DNA of 64,000 nucleotides. It comes from an uncultured Solirubrobacterales bacterium (lineage in GTDB: Bacteria > Actinomycetota > Thermoleophilia > Solirubrobacterales > Solirubrobacteraceae). Under the pieces are notes generated by a model. It had not been told where the DNA came from. It made no database searches and saw nothing but the letters and a program-made list of their open reading frames with translations. The stretch is from assembly GCA_963831995.1 (NCBI GenBank), contig CAWHSI010000001.1, forward strand, positions 959,637 to 1,023,636. The letters are read 5' to 3'. The first letter of the stretch is position 1. Each line of letters begins with the position of its first letter. This document shows, piece by piece, positions 1-13,973 of this stretch. The position numbers and the translations under genes are program-made.

Positions 1-660
1 GTTCTCCGGCTTGACCGACCCGCCATAGAGGATTCGCACCCGCTCGGCGGCCTGCGGCGCGCGTCCGGCGACGAGCGCGCGCACGAACGCGATCGCCTCC
101 TGCGCCTGCTCGGGCGTAGCCACGCGACCGGTGCCGATCGCCCAGATCGGCTCATACGCGATCACGACCTCGCCCAGCCGCTCGTCGGGAACGCCCGCCA
201 GGCCCTCGCCGACCTGGTGGCGCAGCTTGCGCTCAGTATCGCCCGCGTCGCGCTCGGCCTCGGTCTCGCCCACGCACAGAATCGGCCGCAGCCCCGCGGC
301 GAGCGCCGCCGTCACCTTCGGCGCGAGCGCCCTGTCGGTCTCGCCGAACAGCTCGCGCCGCTCGGAGTGGCCGAGCACCACGCCCGCCACGTCGAGCTCC
401 GAGAGCATCGGCGCGGAGATCTCCCCGGTGAAGGCGCCCTCGGGCTCGCTGTGCATGTTCTGCGCATACACCTCCACGCGCGACCCGCGGGCGCTGTCGA
501 CCATCGCGCGCAGATCGGTGAAGGGAACGCAGATGGCAACCTCCACGCCGCCGATCGCCGACACGCGCGGCAGCAGCGCCTGGATGTACTCCTCGGCCTG
601 CGCCTCGGTCTTATACATCTTCCAGTTGCCCGCGATCAGCGGGGTGCGCTCCCCTGCCAT
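1..660 (-). CDS. tpiA: triosephosphate isomerase (3' end outside window)
   Basis: Reverse complement from ATG at 660 reads MAGERTPLIAGNWKMYKT; later GAFTGEIS, VLGHSERR and AYEPIWAIGTG motifs. The start overlaps the pgk stop. Confidence 0.97.
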   Translation of the reverse strand, partial: MAGERTPLIAGNWKMYKTEAQAEEYIQALLPRVSAIGGVEVAICVPFTDLRAMVDSARGSRVEVYAQNMHSEPEGAFTGEISAPMLSELDVAGVVLGHSERRELFGETDRALAPKVTAALAAGLRPILCVGETEAERDAGDTERKLRHQVGEGLAGVPDERLGEVVIAYEPIWAIGTGRVATPEQAQEAIAFVRALVAGRAPQAAERVRILYGGSVKPEN

Positions 661-1877
661 CAAGCGATCCCGGCGCCCTGCAGCGCCTGAACCCCGGGCA
701 GCACGCGTCCCTCGACCAGCTCGAGCGTGGCGCCGCCGCCGGTGGAGAGGTGATCGACCGTGTCCTCCAGGCCGAAGTGCGCGAGCGCCGCGGCCGAGTC
801 GCCGCCGCCGACGACCGTCACCCCCGGCGCGCGGGCGACTGCCTGGGCGATCGCGCGCGTGCCCTGCGCGAACGGCTCGTACTCGAACGCGCCCATCGGG
901 CCGTTCCAGAAGACGGTGCCCGCGCGCGCGATCTCGGCGCGGTAGCGCTGCACCGTGGCCGGCCCGATGTCGAGCCCCATCCAACCGCTCGGCACCTCCA
1001 CCCCGTCCAGCACGCGGTGCTCGGCGTCGTCTGCGAGACGGTCGCCGATCACGAGGTCGCTCGGCACCAGCAGGCGCGCGCGGCCGGGCTGCGGGGTGTG
1101 CGTGTCGCTGGCCCGCGCGAGCAGATCGCGAGCGTGATCGGTGTCCTCCTTGCCACACAGCGAATCGCCGACCGTGTGGCCCTGGGCGCGCAGAAACGGG
1201 AAGCACATCGCGCCGCCGATCATGACCACGTCGGCCAGCTGCAGGAAGCGGTCGATCACACCGATCTTGTCGGCCACCTTCGCCCCGCCGACGATCGCCA
1301 CGAGCGGCGGCGCGGGATGCTCGAGGATCGCAGTGAGGGTGCTCACCTCGCGTTCGAGCAGCCGACCGGCGGCGCACGGGAGCAGGTGCGCGACCCCGGC
1401 GGTGCTGGCGTGCGCGCGGTGCGCGGCGCCGAACGCATCGTTGACATACGCGTCGGCGAGCTCCGCCAGGGCGCGAGCCAGCTCGGGGTCGTTGGCGGTC
1501 TCCCCCGGCTCGAAGCGCACGTTCTCCAGCAGCAGGATCTCGCCGTCCTTCAACCCTTCGGCGAGCGCCCTCGCGCGCGGACCGACGACTTCGGGCGCGA
1601 GCGTCACGCTCGCCCCGGTGAGCTCGCGCAGGCGCTCCGCCACGGGCGCGAGCGAGAGGTCCGCCTCCGGCCTGCCCTCGGGTCGGCCGAGGTGTGAGAC
1701 GAGCACCAGCCGCGCGCCGTGCGCCCGCAGCTCTTCGATCGTCGGCAGCGCCTGCACGATGCGGGTGTCGTCGGCGACCGCGGGCGCGCCCTTCGCGTCC
1801 TTGGTCAGCGGCACGTTGAAGTCGACGCGCACGAGCACGCGTCGCCCGCCGACGTCGAGTTGGTCGATGCTCCTCAT
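660..1877 (-). CDS. pgk: phosphoglycerate kinase
   Basis: RVLVRVDFNVPL, SHLGRP, LLENVRF, NDAFGAAHRAHAS, GGAKV, WNGPMG and STGGGA motifs. Start set at MRSIDQL (1877), not the ORF-track 2009. Confidence 0.97.
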   Translation of the reverse strand: MRSIDQLDVGGRRVLVRVDFNVPLTKDAKGAPAVADDTRIVQALPTIEELRAHGARLVLVSHLGRPEGRPEADLSLAPVAERLRELTGASVTLAPEVVGPRARALAEGLKDGEILLLENVRFEPGETANDPELARALAELADAYVNDAFGAAHRAHASTAGVAHLLPCAAGRLLEREVSTLTAILEHPAPPLVAIVGGAKVADKIGVIDRFLQLADVVMIGGAMCFPFLRAQGHTVGDSLCGKEDTDHARDLLARASDTHTPQPGRARLLVPSDLVIGDRLADDAEHRVLDGVEVPSGWMGLDIGPATVQRYRAEIARAGTVFWNGPMGAFEYEPFAQGTRAIAQAVARAPGVTVVGGGDSAAALAHFGLEDTVDHLSTGGGATLELVEGRVLPGVQALQGAGIA

Positions 1878-1941
1878 CGCTTTACCCCCATCGTCCTCAT
1901 GGTTCCCGGTTCTTGAGCAACAGTCACGCTGCGGTGGGGGC

Positions 1942-3090
<1,149 letters not shown>

Positions 3091-3160
3091 CTATCAGCGC
3101 CTCTTTACGGCCGGTTTATGACTCGCGCCAGACGGCCGCGGAACTCGCGCTGGAGCGCGA

Positions 3161-4096
3161 TCACGGCTCCCGCGAGAGCTTGTCGATGTCGCGATGGGCG
3201 ACCGCCACGGTCATCTCGTCGCAGTCGCGATAGCGCGCCGCGAGGTGCTCGGCGATCGCCACCGAGCGGTGGTGGCCGCCGGTGCAGCCGATCGCGATCA
3301 CCAGGTGCGCCTTGCCCTCGGCGACATACTGGGGCAGCAGGAAGTCGAGCAGCGCGTGCAGGCGATCGTAGAATTCCTCCAGGCGCCCGTCGCGCGCGAT
3401 GTACTCGACCACACGCGCGTCGTGGCCGGTCAGATCGCGCAGCTCGTGCTCGTAGTGGGGGTTGGGCAGGAAGCGCACGTCGAACGCCAGGTCCTCCTCG
3501 CGCGGGGGTCCGTGCTTGAAGCCGAAGCTCATGAACGTGAGCGCGAGCCGGCCGACGCTCTGGCGGGGCAGCATCTCATCCGCGATGCGGGTGCGCAGCG
3601 TGGCGGCCGACATGCCGGTCGTGTCGATCACCAGATCGGCGCGCGAGCGCAGCGGCTCCAGCAGCGCGCGCTCGGAGGCGACCCCGGCGGCGACGCTGCC
3701 GGTGGGCGCGAGCGGATGGCGGCGGCGCGTCTCCTTGTAGCGCGTGGAGAGCGTCTGCTCGCTGGCTTCCAGGAACAGCACGTGATGGGTGATGCCAAGC
3801 GCCTGCAGATCGTCCACGACCGCCGTCAGCGCCTCGAAGTAGACGCCGCCGCGCACGTCGGAGACGACCGCGGCGCGCTCGACCTTGGAGCCCTCGTGCA
3901 CGAACAGCTCCACCAGCGAGCGGATCATCTCCGGCGGGAGGTTGTCCACGCAGAAATACCCGGCGTCCTCGAACACGTTCATCGCGGTCGACTTGCCGGC
4001 GCCGGAGAAGCCGGTGATGACGACAAGGTCCTGTAGACGCGACTCCACGGTCGGTCCGCTCTCTCTCAGTACAGGCACGGGCCCGATTGCGGCCAT
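3161..4096 (-). CDS. rapZ: RNase adapter / P-loop protein RapZ (YvcJ family)
   Basis: ITGFSGAGKS, YFCVDNLPP, SFGFKHG, DVRFLPNP, GCTGGHHRSV. The start may be GTG 4048. Confidence 0.95.
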   Translation of the reverse strand: MAAIGPVPVLRESGPTVESRLQDLVVITGFSGAGKSTAMNVFEDAGYFCVDNLPPEMIRSLVELFVHEGSKVERAAVVSDVRGGVYFEALTAVVDDLQALGITHHVLFLEASEQTLSTRYKETRRRHPLAPTGSVAAGVASERALLEPLRSRADLVIDTTGMSAATLRTRIADEMLPRQSVGRLALTFMSFGFKHGPPREEDLAFDVRFLPNPHYEHELRDLTGHDARVVEYIARDGRLEEFYDRLHALLDFLLPQYVAEGKAHLVIAIGCTGGHHRSVAIAEHLAARYRDCDEMTVAVAHRDIDKLSREP

Positions 4097-4157
4097 GTAC
4101 CGCCCATTGTGCCCAGTCCGACGGACGAACGCGGCACTTCTTGCTCGCCAGCCGCGT

Positions 4158-6113
4158 TCATCCCGCTCTGTGCAGCAGCGCGTGGATGTCGCGAGCCGTC
4201 TTCGCGGGCAGTCCCGGCACCGCCTGCAGCTCCTCGCGCGAGGCGGCCAGCACCGCCTCCGGCGAGCCGAAGTGGGCGATCAGCGCGCGCTTGCGCGCCG
4301 GCCCGATGCCGGGCAGCCCGTCGAGCAGAGACCCCTTCATCGCGCTGTCGCGGCGGCTGCGATGGTGGGCGATCGCGAAGCGATGGGCCTCGTCGCGGAC
4401 GCGCTGCAGCAACTGCAGCTCGGGCGCCCGATGGTCGAGCACCAGCGGCGCCTCGGCGCCCGGCACGAACACCTCCTCGATGCGCTTGGCGAGCGAGACG
4501 ACCGCCACGCCGCGCTCGGAGAAGCCCTGCAGCACCGACATCCCGGCCGCGAGCTGACCCTTGCCGCCGTCGATCACGACGAGGTTGGGCAGCGTCGCGA
4601 AGCTCGCGTCGTAGCTGGGGTCGTGCGGGGAGAAGTCGGCCTGGCGCTGCCACTGGGCATAGCGTCGCGAGAGCACCTCCGCCATCGAGGCATAGTCGTC
4701 GGGACGGGCGGGATCGGCGATCGCGCGGATCGTAAAGCGGCGGTAGTCGGACTTCTTCGGCGCGCCGGCCTCGAACACGACCATCGAGGCGACCGTGTGG
4801 GTGCCGCCGAGGTTGGAGATGTCGAAGCACTCGATCCGCACCGGCACGGCGTCGAGCCCGAGCGCCAGCTGCAGCCCTTCGAGCGCCTGCGCGCGGTGCT
4901 GGTGGCGGCGCTCGTCGCGCAGCCGCTCCTGGTCGAGCGCCAGCCTCGCGTTGCGCTGGGCCAGCTCGAGGATGCGGTGCTTGTCGCCGCGCTCGGACGC
5001 GCGCAGCTCGACCGGCCCGCCGCGACGGCGCGAGAGCGCCTCCGCCAGCACCGGCCGGTCGGCCAGCTCGCGCTGCGCCACCAGCAGCGCCGGGATCTGC
5101 GTCGGGCCGCCGTAGTACTGCAGCAGGAACTCCTCGGCGACCTCGGCGAGCTCGCGCTCGGTTTCGTTCGACAGGTAAAAGGAGTGGCGGTCGGAGAGAA
5201 TGCCGTCGCGCACCTGGAAGACCTGCGCGTTTGCGTCGCGCCCGTCCACGGCGACCGCCACGGCGTCGAAGGTGCCGATCGAGCTCTTGGCGACGCGCTG
5301 GCGTTCCATCAGCGAGCGCACCGCACGCAGGCGGTTGCGCTCGAGCGTGGCCTGCTCGTAGTCGAGCTTCGCCGAGGCGGCCCGCATGCGCTGCTCCAGG
5401 TCGCGCTCGATCGCGCCGAAGCGTCCGGAGAGGAAGTCGATCACGCCGTCGATGCTGTGGCGATAGTCCTCCTCCGAGACATACCCGACGCACGGCGCCT
5501 CGCAGCGCTTGATGTAGTAGTCCAGGCACGGGCTGCCGCTGCGCCGCCCCGGCTCGGGGCCGGTGCAGGAGCGGTACATGAACACCTTCGCGAGCACCTC
5601 CAGCGTCGAGCGCACCCGCTTGGCGCTGGAGTAGGGGCCGAAGTAGGCGCGCCCGGAGCGATGGCGCTCGCGGGTGAAATAGACGCGCGGGTAGCGCTCG
5701 TCGAGCGAGACGGCGATGAACGGATAGGACTTGTCGTCGCGCAGGCGGATGTTGAAGCGCGGGCGGTACTGCTTGATGAAGCTCTGCTCGGCCAGCAGCG
5801 CCTCCGCCTCGCTCGAGACGACGATGCACTCGATCGCATCGACCGCCGCCACCATCTCGGCGTGCCCGGCCGTCGAAATGGCCCGCCCCCCCTGGGCCTT
5901 GGAGAAGTGCGAGGCGACGCGCTTGCGAATCGACTTCGCCTTGCCCACGTAGATGACACGCCCGCGCGCGTCGCGGAACAGATACACGCCCGGCCTGTCG
6001 GGCAGCGCGCGGCGCTGGCGCGAGAGGCTGTCCGGCGCGGCCTCCCCGCGCACGGCCTCCCCGCGCACGGCCTCCCCGCCGCGCACGGCCTCCGATTGCC
6101 CGTCGCCGCTCAA
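4158..6113 (-). CDS. uvrC: excinuclease ABC subunit C
   Basis: GIY-YIG region (PGVYLF...IYVGKAKS), IECFDISN, IDGGKGQ, RDEAHRFA and C-terminal HhH (GIGPARKRAL). TTG 6113 overlaps the upstream TGA. Confidence 0.96.
   Translation of the reverse strand: MSGDGQSEAVRGGEAVRGEAVRGEAAPDSLSRQRRALPDRPGVYLFRDARGRVIYVGKAKSIRKRVASHFSKAQGGRAISTAGHAEMVAAVDAIECIVVSSEAEALLAEQSFIKQYRPRFNIRLRDDKSYPFIAVSLDERYPRVYFTRERHRSGRAYFGPYSSAKRVRSTLEVLAKVFMYRSCTGPEPGRRSGSPCLDYYIKRCEAPCVGYVSEEDYRHSIDGVIDFLSGRFGAIERDLEQRMRAASAKLDYEQATLERNRLRAVRSLMERQRVAKSSIGTFDAVAVAVDGRDANAQVFQVRDGILSDRHSFYLSNETERELAEVAEEFLLQYYGGPTQIPALLVAQRELADRPVLAEALSRRRGGPVELRASERGDKHRILELAQRNARLALDQERLRDERRHQHRAQALEGLQLALGLDAVPVRIECFDISNLGGTHTVASMVVFEAGAPKKSDYRRFTIRAIADPARPDDYASMAEVLSRRYAQWQRQADFSPHDPSYDASFATLPNLVVIDGGKGQLAAGMSVLQGFSERGVAVVSLAKRIEEVFVPGAEAPLVLDHRAPELQLLQRVRDEAHRFAIAHHRSRRDSAMKGSLLDGLPGIGPARKRALIAHFGSPEAVLAASREELQAVPGLPAKTARDIHALLHRAG
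6040..6093. repeat. about 3 copies of a 15-bp tandem repeat encoding EAVRG at the UvrC N-terminus
   Basis: gcctccccgcgcacg repeated; protein reads SEAVRGGEAVRGEAVRGEAA. Confidence 0.8.
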
Positions 6114-6469
6114 TAGGAGCGGGAGTAGCGGTAGACGGCGAGCAGCGTGTACGCCACGATGCCAGCCAGCGCAAACCAGGCAAACTCGCCGAAGCCGGTC
6201 TGCCACATGCGCGCTCGCGAGGCGGCGAGCAGATAGCCGACGGCGGCCGCGCCGTAGAGCAGCGCACGGCGACGATCGCCGAGGCCATCGAGGCTGACGT
6301 GGTGTTCCCGATAGAGGCGGTGGGCAAAGAACGCGACCCCCGCCGCGAACACGATCCACAGGGCCGCCGCAAACGCCGATGCGACCTGGCCGCCACCGGG
6401 GAGGAACTCCACCGCGGCGGCGATCAGGGCGACGATCGCGACGTTGCGCGCGATCCTCAAACGGTCCAT
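6110..6469 (-). CDS. small 4-TM membrane protein
   Basis: MDRLRIARNVAIVALIAAAV... with four hydrophobic segments; stop coupled to the uvrC start. Confidence 0.75.
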   Translation of the reverse strand: MDRLRIARNVAIVALIAAAVEFLPGGGQVASAFAAALWIVFAAGVAFFAHRLYREHHVSLDGLGDRRRALLYGAAAVGYLLAASRARMWQTGFGEFAWFALAGIVAYTLLAVYRYSRSY

Positions 6470-6601
6470 GGAGCCACTCCGGTCACGAGCCATCCAGTGT
6501 AGAGGCAGCCGCCGGAGAGCAAAAAACCCCGCAACGTCCGGGTTGATTGGAGAAGTTATCCGACGTTTCCCCACCGACGTGTGTTTTGCGCTATACTGGG
6601 G

Positions 6602-6770
6602 AGGCCCATTCGGTCCTAGTGACCGGAACGAGGGTTGGTTGGCAGGCACCGGGGTACTCGTCATTCAGGTCAGAGAGCCCCGGTGCCTGTTTTTAATGTG
6701 GGTCGTGCAGGCACGACTCGACCGCCAGGCCTCGTTGCGGGTCCTGACATCGGTGAGGCTGGCGAGCCTC
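6602..6770 (+). ncRNA. structured intergenic RNA, 6S/SsrS-like candidate
   Basis: TATACT -10 at 6592-6597. Closing stem GACCGGAACGAGG (6621-6633) with CCTCGTTGCGGGTC (6730-6743). Perfect 12-bp stem CAGGCACCGGGG (6643-6654) / CCCCGGTGCCTG (6678-6689). U-rich bubble and small hairpin GTCGTG-CAGG-CACGAC (6702-6717). Terminal hairpin GAGGCT-GGCG-AGCCTC (6755-6770). No credible ORF. Confidence 0.55.
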
Positions 6771-6795
6771 CCTCGGGGCTTCGGGGCCAGGGCCC

Positions 6796-8849
<2,054 letters not shown>

Positions 8850-8993
8850 GTCGAGGATGGTAGGGTCATGGGCCCGCTCGCGCGGGCCAGAGGGTCCTAC
8901 CCTCCGCGACACCTCGCGCTGTGCACCTCACCGAGGTGCATCGCCCGTGCGCGATGCATCTCCGGGGCGCGCTTCGATAGGATGCGCCGGCAC

Positions 8994-9263
8994 ATGCGCA
9001 GACTTCTCGCCAGCCTCTTCGCCTCCGCCCTGCTGCTGCTCCTGCTCGCACCGGCGGCGCTCGCGTACAACGACGGGCGCGGGTTCTATGGCGCTACCAA
9101 CGACAAGGTGATCACCAGAGCCGGGTTCATTCTGATCATCTTCTTCCCGACCTTCGCGCTGGTGATGAGCCTGCTGCAGTGGCGGCTGGACAAGCGCAAA
9201 GAGGCGCGCAAAGCAGCCCAGAAAGCACAGCTCGGCGACGCGCGCTGGCGCGGCGGCTGGTAG
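8994..9263 (+). CDS. small signal-peptide plus single-TM protein
   Basis: MRRLLASLFASALLLLLLAPAALA signal, TM GFILIIFFPTFALVMSLL, basic tail ending WRGGW. Confidence 0.75.
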   Translation: MRRLLASLFASALLLLLLAPAALAYNDGRGFYGATNDKVITRAGFILIIFFPTFALVMSLLQWRLDKRKEARKAAQKAQLGDARWRGGW

Positions 9264-9283
9264 ACCCGCTTCGGGCTGGATCG

Positions 9284-10105
9284 ATGAGCGAGCCAGGCGG
9301 ACCCGGCTCGAGCGCCGTTCCCGACCAGGACCTCCGGCGCGCCGACGCGGTCCGCTACGAGCGCCACGGCGCGGCGGCTGTGGTGAGCATCGAGCGCCCC
9401 GAGCGGCGCAATGCCGTGGACGGGCCGACGGCGCAGGCGCTGCAGGCGGCGCTGGAGCGCTTCGAGGGCGAAGAGGACGCACGCGCGATGGTGCTCACCG
9501 GCGCGGGCGGCGTGGCGTTCTGCGCCGGAGCCGATCTGAAGGCGATCGACACGCTCGGCGGGCGGCTGACCTCGCCGCAGGGGCCGATGGGCTTCACGCG
9601 CCTGACGCCGTCGAAGCCGACGATCGCCGCGATCGGCGGGTTCGCGCTCGCGGGCGGGCTGGAGCTGGCGCTGTGGTGCGATTTGCGGATCGCCACCGAG
9701 GGGTCGAGGTTCGGCTATCCCGAGCGCCGCTGGGGCGTGCCGCTGATCGACGGCGGCACGCAGCGACTGCCGCGCATCGTCGGCCTCGGCCGCGCGCTCG
9801 ACCTGATCCTGACTGGCCGCATCGTCGACGCCGACGAGGCGTATGCGATGGGAATGCTGACCGAGATCGTCGCAGAGGGCATGCATCTGGAGCGGGCGGT
9901 CGAGCTGGCCAACAACCTCGCGCGCTTCCCCCAGCGCACGATGCTCGCCGACCGCCGCGCGGCGATCGAGGGGCTCGGGATGACGCTCGAGCAGGGGCTG
10001 GCGCTGGAGGCGCAGGCCGGCCCCGAGGTGTACGCGGACGCACTCTCCGGCGCGCAGCGCTTCGCCGCCGGCGAGGGTCGCGGAGGCGCGGGCGCGGGCG
10101 CTTGA
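9284..10105 (+). CDS. crotonase / enoyl-CoA hydratase family protein
   Basis: RPERRNA, FCAGADLK, KPTIAAIGGFALAGGLELALWCD, WGVPLIDGGT. Confidence 0.93.
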   Translation: MSEPGGPGSSAVPDQDLRRADAVRYERHGAAAVVSIERPERRNAVDGPTAQALQAALERFEGEEDARAMVLTGAGGVAFCAGADLKAIDTLGGRLTSPQGPMGFTRLTPSKPTIAAIGGFALAGGLELALWCDLRIATEGSRFGYPERRWGVPLIDGGTQRLPRIVGLGRALDLILTGRIVDADEAYAMGMLTEIVAEGMHLERAVELANNLARFPQRTMLADRRAAIEGLGMTLEQGLALEAQAGPEVYADALSGAQRFAAGEGRGGAGAGA

Positions 10106-10140
10106 CACTATCCTCGACCTATCGACCCCAGGGAGCGCAC

Positions 10141-12141
10141 ATGGCCTATTTCGTGACGGGAGCAACCGGCTTCATCGGCCGCCGGCTGGTGGAACGGCTG
10201 CTGCTGCGCAAAGGCAGGATCAACGTGCTCGTGCGCGAAGACTCGCTCGGACGCCTGGAGGAGGCGATCGAGCACTGGGAACACATGTCGGAGGCGACCG
10301 TCAGCAGACGCGTGCACCCGGTGATCGGCGATCTGCGCGAGCAGCTGCTCGGGCTCGGCGACGAGCAGGTGGAGGAGCTGCGGGGCAGCGTCGATCACTT
10401 CTTTCACCTCGCCGCGGTGTATGACATGACCGCGCCGCTGGAGCTGGACATGGCGGTCAACGTGGGCGGCACCAACCATGCGATCGAACTGGCGGGGGCG
10501 CTTGGGGCGGGGCGGCTGCACCACGTGTCCTCGATCGCGGTGGCGGGCGCCTACCGGGGCGAGTTCGGCGAGGACTTCTTCGACGAGGGCCAGCGGCTGC
10601 CCTCGCCGTATCACGCAACCAAGTTCGAGGCCGAGCGCGCGGTGCGCGAGCAGGTGCACGTGCCGTGGCGCGTGTACCGGCCGGGGATCGTGGTGGGCGA
10701 CTCCAGGACCGGCGAGATGGACAAGATCGACGGGCCCTACTACTTCTTCAAGGCGATCCAGCGCCTGCGGGCGGTCGTGCCGCAGTGGGTGCCGCTGGTG
10801 GGACTCGATCTCGGCCGCACGAACATCGTGCCGGTCGACTGGGTGGCGGGAGCGCTCGACCACATCGCCCACCGCCCGCACCTGGACGGCCGCGCCTTCC
10901 ACCTGACCTATCCGGGCGGGCAGCGCGTGGACGAGGCGATGAACGACATCGCGGCGGCCGCGCACGCGCCGCGGTTTGCGATGAGCGTCGATAAACGCGT
11001 GCTGAGGGCGGTGCCGAGCACGCCGCTGTCGCTGATGATGAAGCTGCCGCCGCTGCGCCAGGCGCGCCGCCTGACCCTGCGCGAGCTCGGCATCCCGAGC
11101 GAGGTGCTCGAGCACATCGAGCTGGTGCCGACGTTCAACACGCGCAATGCCGAGCGGGCGCTCGCGGGCTCCGAGTTCGAGCACCCGCCGGCGCTGCGCG
11201 AGTATGCGGTGCACCTGTGGGACTACTGGGAGCGCGAGATGGACCCGAGCATCACCCGCTCGCGCACCCTTGGCGAGGCGGTGCGCGAAAAGCGGGTGCT
11301 GATCACCGGCGCCTCCTCGGGCATCGGCAGGGCGACGGCGGTGAAGGTCGCGGCGGCCGGAGGCATTCCGCTGCTGGTAGCGCGCAACGTCGAGAAGCTC
11401 GAGGAGCTGCGTGCGGAAATCGTGGCGGCGGGCGGGGTGGCATACGTGTATGCGACCGACATCTCCGACATGGACGAGATCGACCGCCTGATACAGCGCG
11501 TCAAGGACGATCATCGCCACGTGGACATGCTCGTCAACAACGCGGGCCGCTCGATCCGCCGCTCGATCGCGCTCAGCTACGACCGCTTCCACGACTTCGA
11601 ACGCACGATGCAGCTCAACTACTTCGGCGCGGTGAAGCTGATCATCGGGCTGCTGCCGCAGATGCGAGCGCGCGGGTTCGGGCATATCGTCAACATCAGC
11701 TCGATCGGCGTGCAGACCAACCCGCCGCGCTTCAGCGCGTATGTGGCGTCGAAGGCGGCGCTCGACGCGTTCACGCGAGTGGTGGCCACCGAGACGATCG
11801 GCGACGGCGTGACGTTCACGACGATCCACATGCCGCTGGTGCGCACGCCGATGATCGCGCCGACGAAACTGTATGACGCCTTCCCCACGATCACGCCGGA
11901 GGAGGCGGCGGACATGATCTGCGAGGCGCTGCGCACGCGTCCGAAGCACATGGGCACGACGCTCGGCACGACCGGCGAGGTGCTCTACGCGCTGGCGCCG
12001 GGCGTGGTCGATCGCATCCTGCACCTCGCCTACAGGGTGTTTCCCGACTCCGCCGCCTCGCGCGGAGAGAAGGGCACCGACGAGCGCGCGTCGCTGGAGC
12101 AGCTGGCGATGGCGAACCTGATGCGGGGCGTGCATTGGTAG
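10141..12141 (+). CDS. two-domain SDR oxidoreductase (fatty acyl-CoA reductase-like)
   Basis: N-terminal TGATGFIG / HLAAVY / YHATK extended SDR; C-terminal [22 protein letters not shown] classical SDR. Confidence 0.9.
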   Translation: MAYFVTGATGFIGRRLVERLLLRKGRINVLVREDSLGRLEEAIEHWEHMSEATVSRRVHPVIGDLREQLLGLGDEQVEELRGSVDHFFHLAAVYDMTAPLELDMAVNVGGTNHAIELAGALGAGRLHHVSSIAVAGAYRGEFGEDFFDEGQRLPSPYHATKFEAERAVREQVHVPWRVYRPGIVVGDSRTGEMDKIDGPYYFFKAIQRLRAVVPQWVPLVGLDLGRTNIVPVDWVAGALDHIAHRPHLDGRAFHLTYPGGQRVDEAMNDIAAAAHAPRFAMSVDKRVLRAVPSTPLSLMMKLPPLRQARRLTLRELGIPSEVLEHIELVPTFNTRNAERALAGSEFEHPPALREYAVHLWDYWEREMDPSITRSRTLGEAVREKRVLITGASSGIGRATAVKVAAAGGIPLLVARNVEKLEELRAEIVAAGGVAYVYATDISDMDEIDRLIQRVKDDHRHVDMLVNNAGRSIRRSIALSYDRFHDFERTMQLNYFGAVKLIIGLLPQMRARGFGHIVNISSIGVQTNPPRFSAYVASKAALDAFTRVVATETIGDGVTFTTIHMPLVRTPMIAPTKLYDAFPTITPEEAADMICEALRTRPKHMGTTLGTTGEVLYALAPGVVDRILHLAYRVFPDSAASRGEKGTDERASLEQLAMANLMRGVHW

Positions 12142-13151
12142 GAGCCGACCCGGCGATCGAGGTCCGCGACCTGCACAAGCGCTATGGCGAGTTCGAGGCC
12201 GTGCGGGGCATCGACATCTCGGTGGCACGCGGCGAGGTGTTCGGACTGCTCGGGCCAAATGGCGCCGGCAAGACCACGACCGTGGAGATCCTCGAGGGCT
12301 ATCGCGAGCGCAGCGCGGGCGAGGTGTCGGTGCTGGGGTACGACCCGGCCGCACGCGAGCTCGCTTTGCGCAGGCGCATCGGGATCGTGCTGCAGAGCAG
12401 CGGCATCTACAGCCACGTGACTCCGCGCGAGGCGCTGCGTCACTGGGCCAGCTTCTACCCGCACCCGCGCGACGTGGAGGAGACGATCGGCCTGATGGGG
12501 CTCCAGGAGAAGGCGGATGTGCGCACGCGCAAGCTCTCCGGCGGCCAGCTGCGCCGCCTGGACTTCGCGCTGGCGCTGGTCGGCGATCCCGAGCTGATCT
12601 TTCTCGACGAGCCGACCACCGGCTTCGATCCGCAGGCACGGCGCGCCGCGTGGGAGACGATCCGCTCGCTGCGCTCGCTGGGCAAGACGATCCTGCTCAC
12701 CACTCACTACCTGGACGAGGCGCAGGCGCTGGCCGACAGGGTGGCGATCGTCAAGGACGGGCGCGTGCTGGCGATCGGGCCGCCACGCACCCTGAGGGGC
12801 ACCCCCCATGCCGGTGGGCCCCTCATGACGGGGGACAGGCAGGCGGGCGAGCCCGGGGGCGGAGCGACGCACTATCGCGTCAGCTACCGCTGCGCCGGCG
12901 GCGAGCTGGTCGAGCACGAGACCGAGGACCCGACGAGCCTGCTGTCCCGACTGACGAGCGAGGCGCTCGCGCGCGGCGAGCGCTTGGAGGAGCTGAGCGT
13001 CGGGCGCCCCACGCTCGAGGACGTCTACCTGGAACTGACCGCCGACGGGGAGTCCGCGACACTCGACGGCGGGCACGAACAGGCGCCCGACCCCCGGACG
13101 CCGGCCGTGGCCGAGACGGGCGCCGAGCGGGACCCGGTGAGCAATGTCTGA
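12135..13151 (+). CDS. ABC-2 exporter ATP-binding protein
   Basis: [36 protein letters not shown]. Confidence 0.92.
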   Translation: MVGADPAIEVRDLHKRYGEFEAVRGIDISVARGEVFGLLGPNGAGKTTTVEILEGYRERSAGEVSVLGYDPAARELALRRRIGIVLQSSGIYSHVTPREALRHWASFYPHPRDVEETIGLMGLQEKADVRTRKLSGGQLRRLDFALALVGDPELIFLDEPTTGFDPQARRAAWETIRSLRSLGKTILLTTHYLDEAQALADRVAIVKDGRVLAIGPPRTLRGTPHAGGPLMTGDRQAGEPGGGATHYRVSYRCAGGELVEHETEDPTSLLSRLTSEALARGERLEELSVGRPTLEDVYLELTADGESATLDGGHEQAPDPRTPAVAETGAERDPVSNV

Positions 13152-13893
13152 GGCGGTCGCGCTCGGCTGGCGCCAGTATCGCCTGGAGCGGCACATGTTC
13201 TGGCGCAACCCGAGCGCCGCCTTCTTCAATTTCGCGCTGCCACTGCTGTTCCTGCTCGCGGGCGGGGCGATCCTGCACGGCAAACAGCACGACCTGAACC
13301 TGCTGGTGCCGGCGATCGCCGGTATGAGCGTGATGTCCACGACGTTCACCGCGCTCGCCTACAACATCGTGTTTTTGCGCGAGCGGGGCGTGCTCAAGCG
13401 CATCCGCGGCACGCCGCTGCCGACGATCTCCTACTTCGGCGGGGTTGCCGCCAACGCGGTTACGAACACGGCGGTGCAGATCGCGATCGTCACGCTCGCC
13501 GGCAGGCTCTTCTTCGGCATCGGCTGGCCGCGCGACTGGGCCGAGCTGGTCGTGTTCGTGCTCGCCGGCGTGGTCTGCTTCGCCGCGCTGGGCGTGGCGT
13601 TCGCGCACGCGATCCCCAACTTCGAGTCCACCGCGGCGTATGTCAACGCCGTGTTCCTGCCGGTCGCGTTCGTGTCGTTCTATGTGTTCGACAGCAAAAG
13701 CGCGCCCGCGTTCGTGCGCCACATCGCCGAAGCGCTGCCGCTGAAGCCGCTGATCGACGGGCTCTCGGGAGCGATGGTCACCGGGGTTGGGCTCTCCAGC
13801 AACTTCTCCGCACTCGCCGTGATCGCGCTGTGGGGCGCATTTGGCGTGTATTTCGCGGTGCGCGGGTTCTCCTGGGAGCAGTCGCGCAGCTGA
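13144..13893 (+). CDS. ABC-2 exporter permease
   Basis: About 6 TM segments, RERGVLKR motif; overlaps the ATPase stop. Confidence 0.9.
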   Translation: MSEAVALGWRQYRLERHMFWRNPSAAFFNFALPLLFLLAGGAILHGKQHDLNLLVPAIAGMSVMSTTFTALAYNIVFLRERGVLKRIRGTPLPTISYFGGVAANAVTNTAVQIAIVTLAGRLFFGIGWPRDWAELVVFVLAGVVCFAALGVAFAHAIPNFESTAAYVNAVFLPVAFVSFYVFDSKSAPAFVRHIAEALPLKPLIDGLSGAMVTGVGLSSNFSALAVIALWGAFGVYFAVRGFSWEQSRS

Positions 13894-13973
13894 CCGCCCG
13901 ACCCGCGGGCGCGCGTCGCGACACTCGCCACTATCCTGATGCGAGCTGCAACCAACCGCGGGAGGAAAGCGCA

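Noticed and set aside
6643-6694. Stem plus T-run as a riboswitch terminator
   Set aside because: No plus-strand gene lies downstream, and the stem is nested within a larger closing helix, which fits a standalone RNA better.
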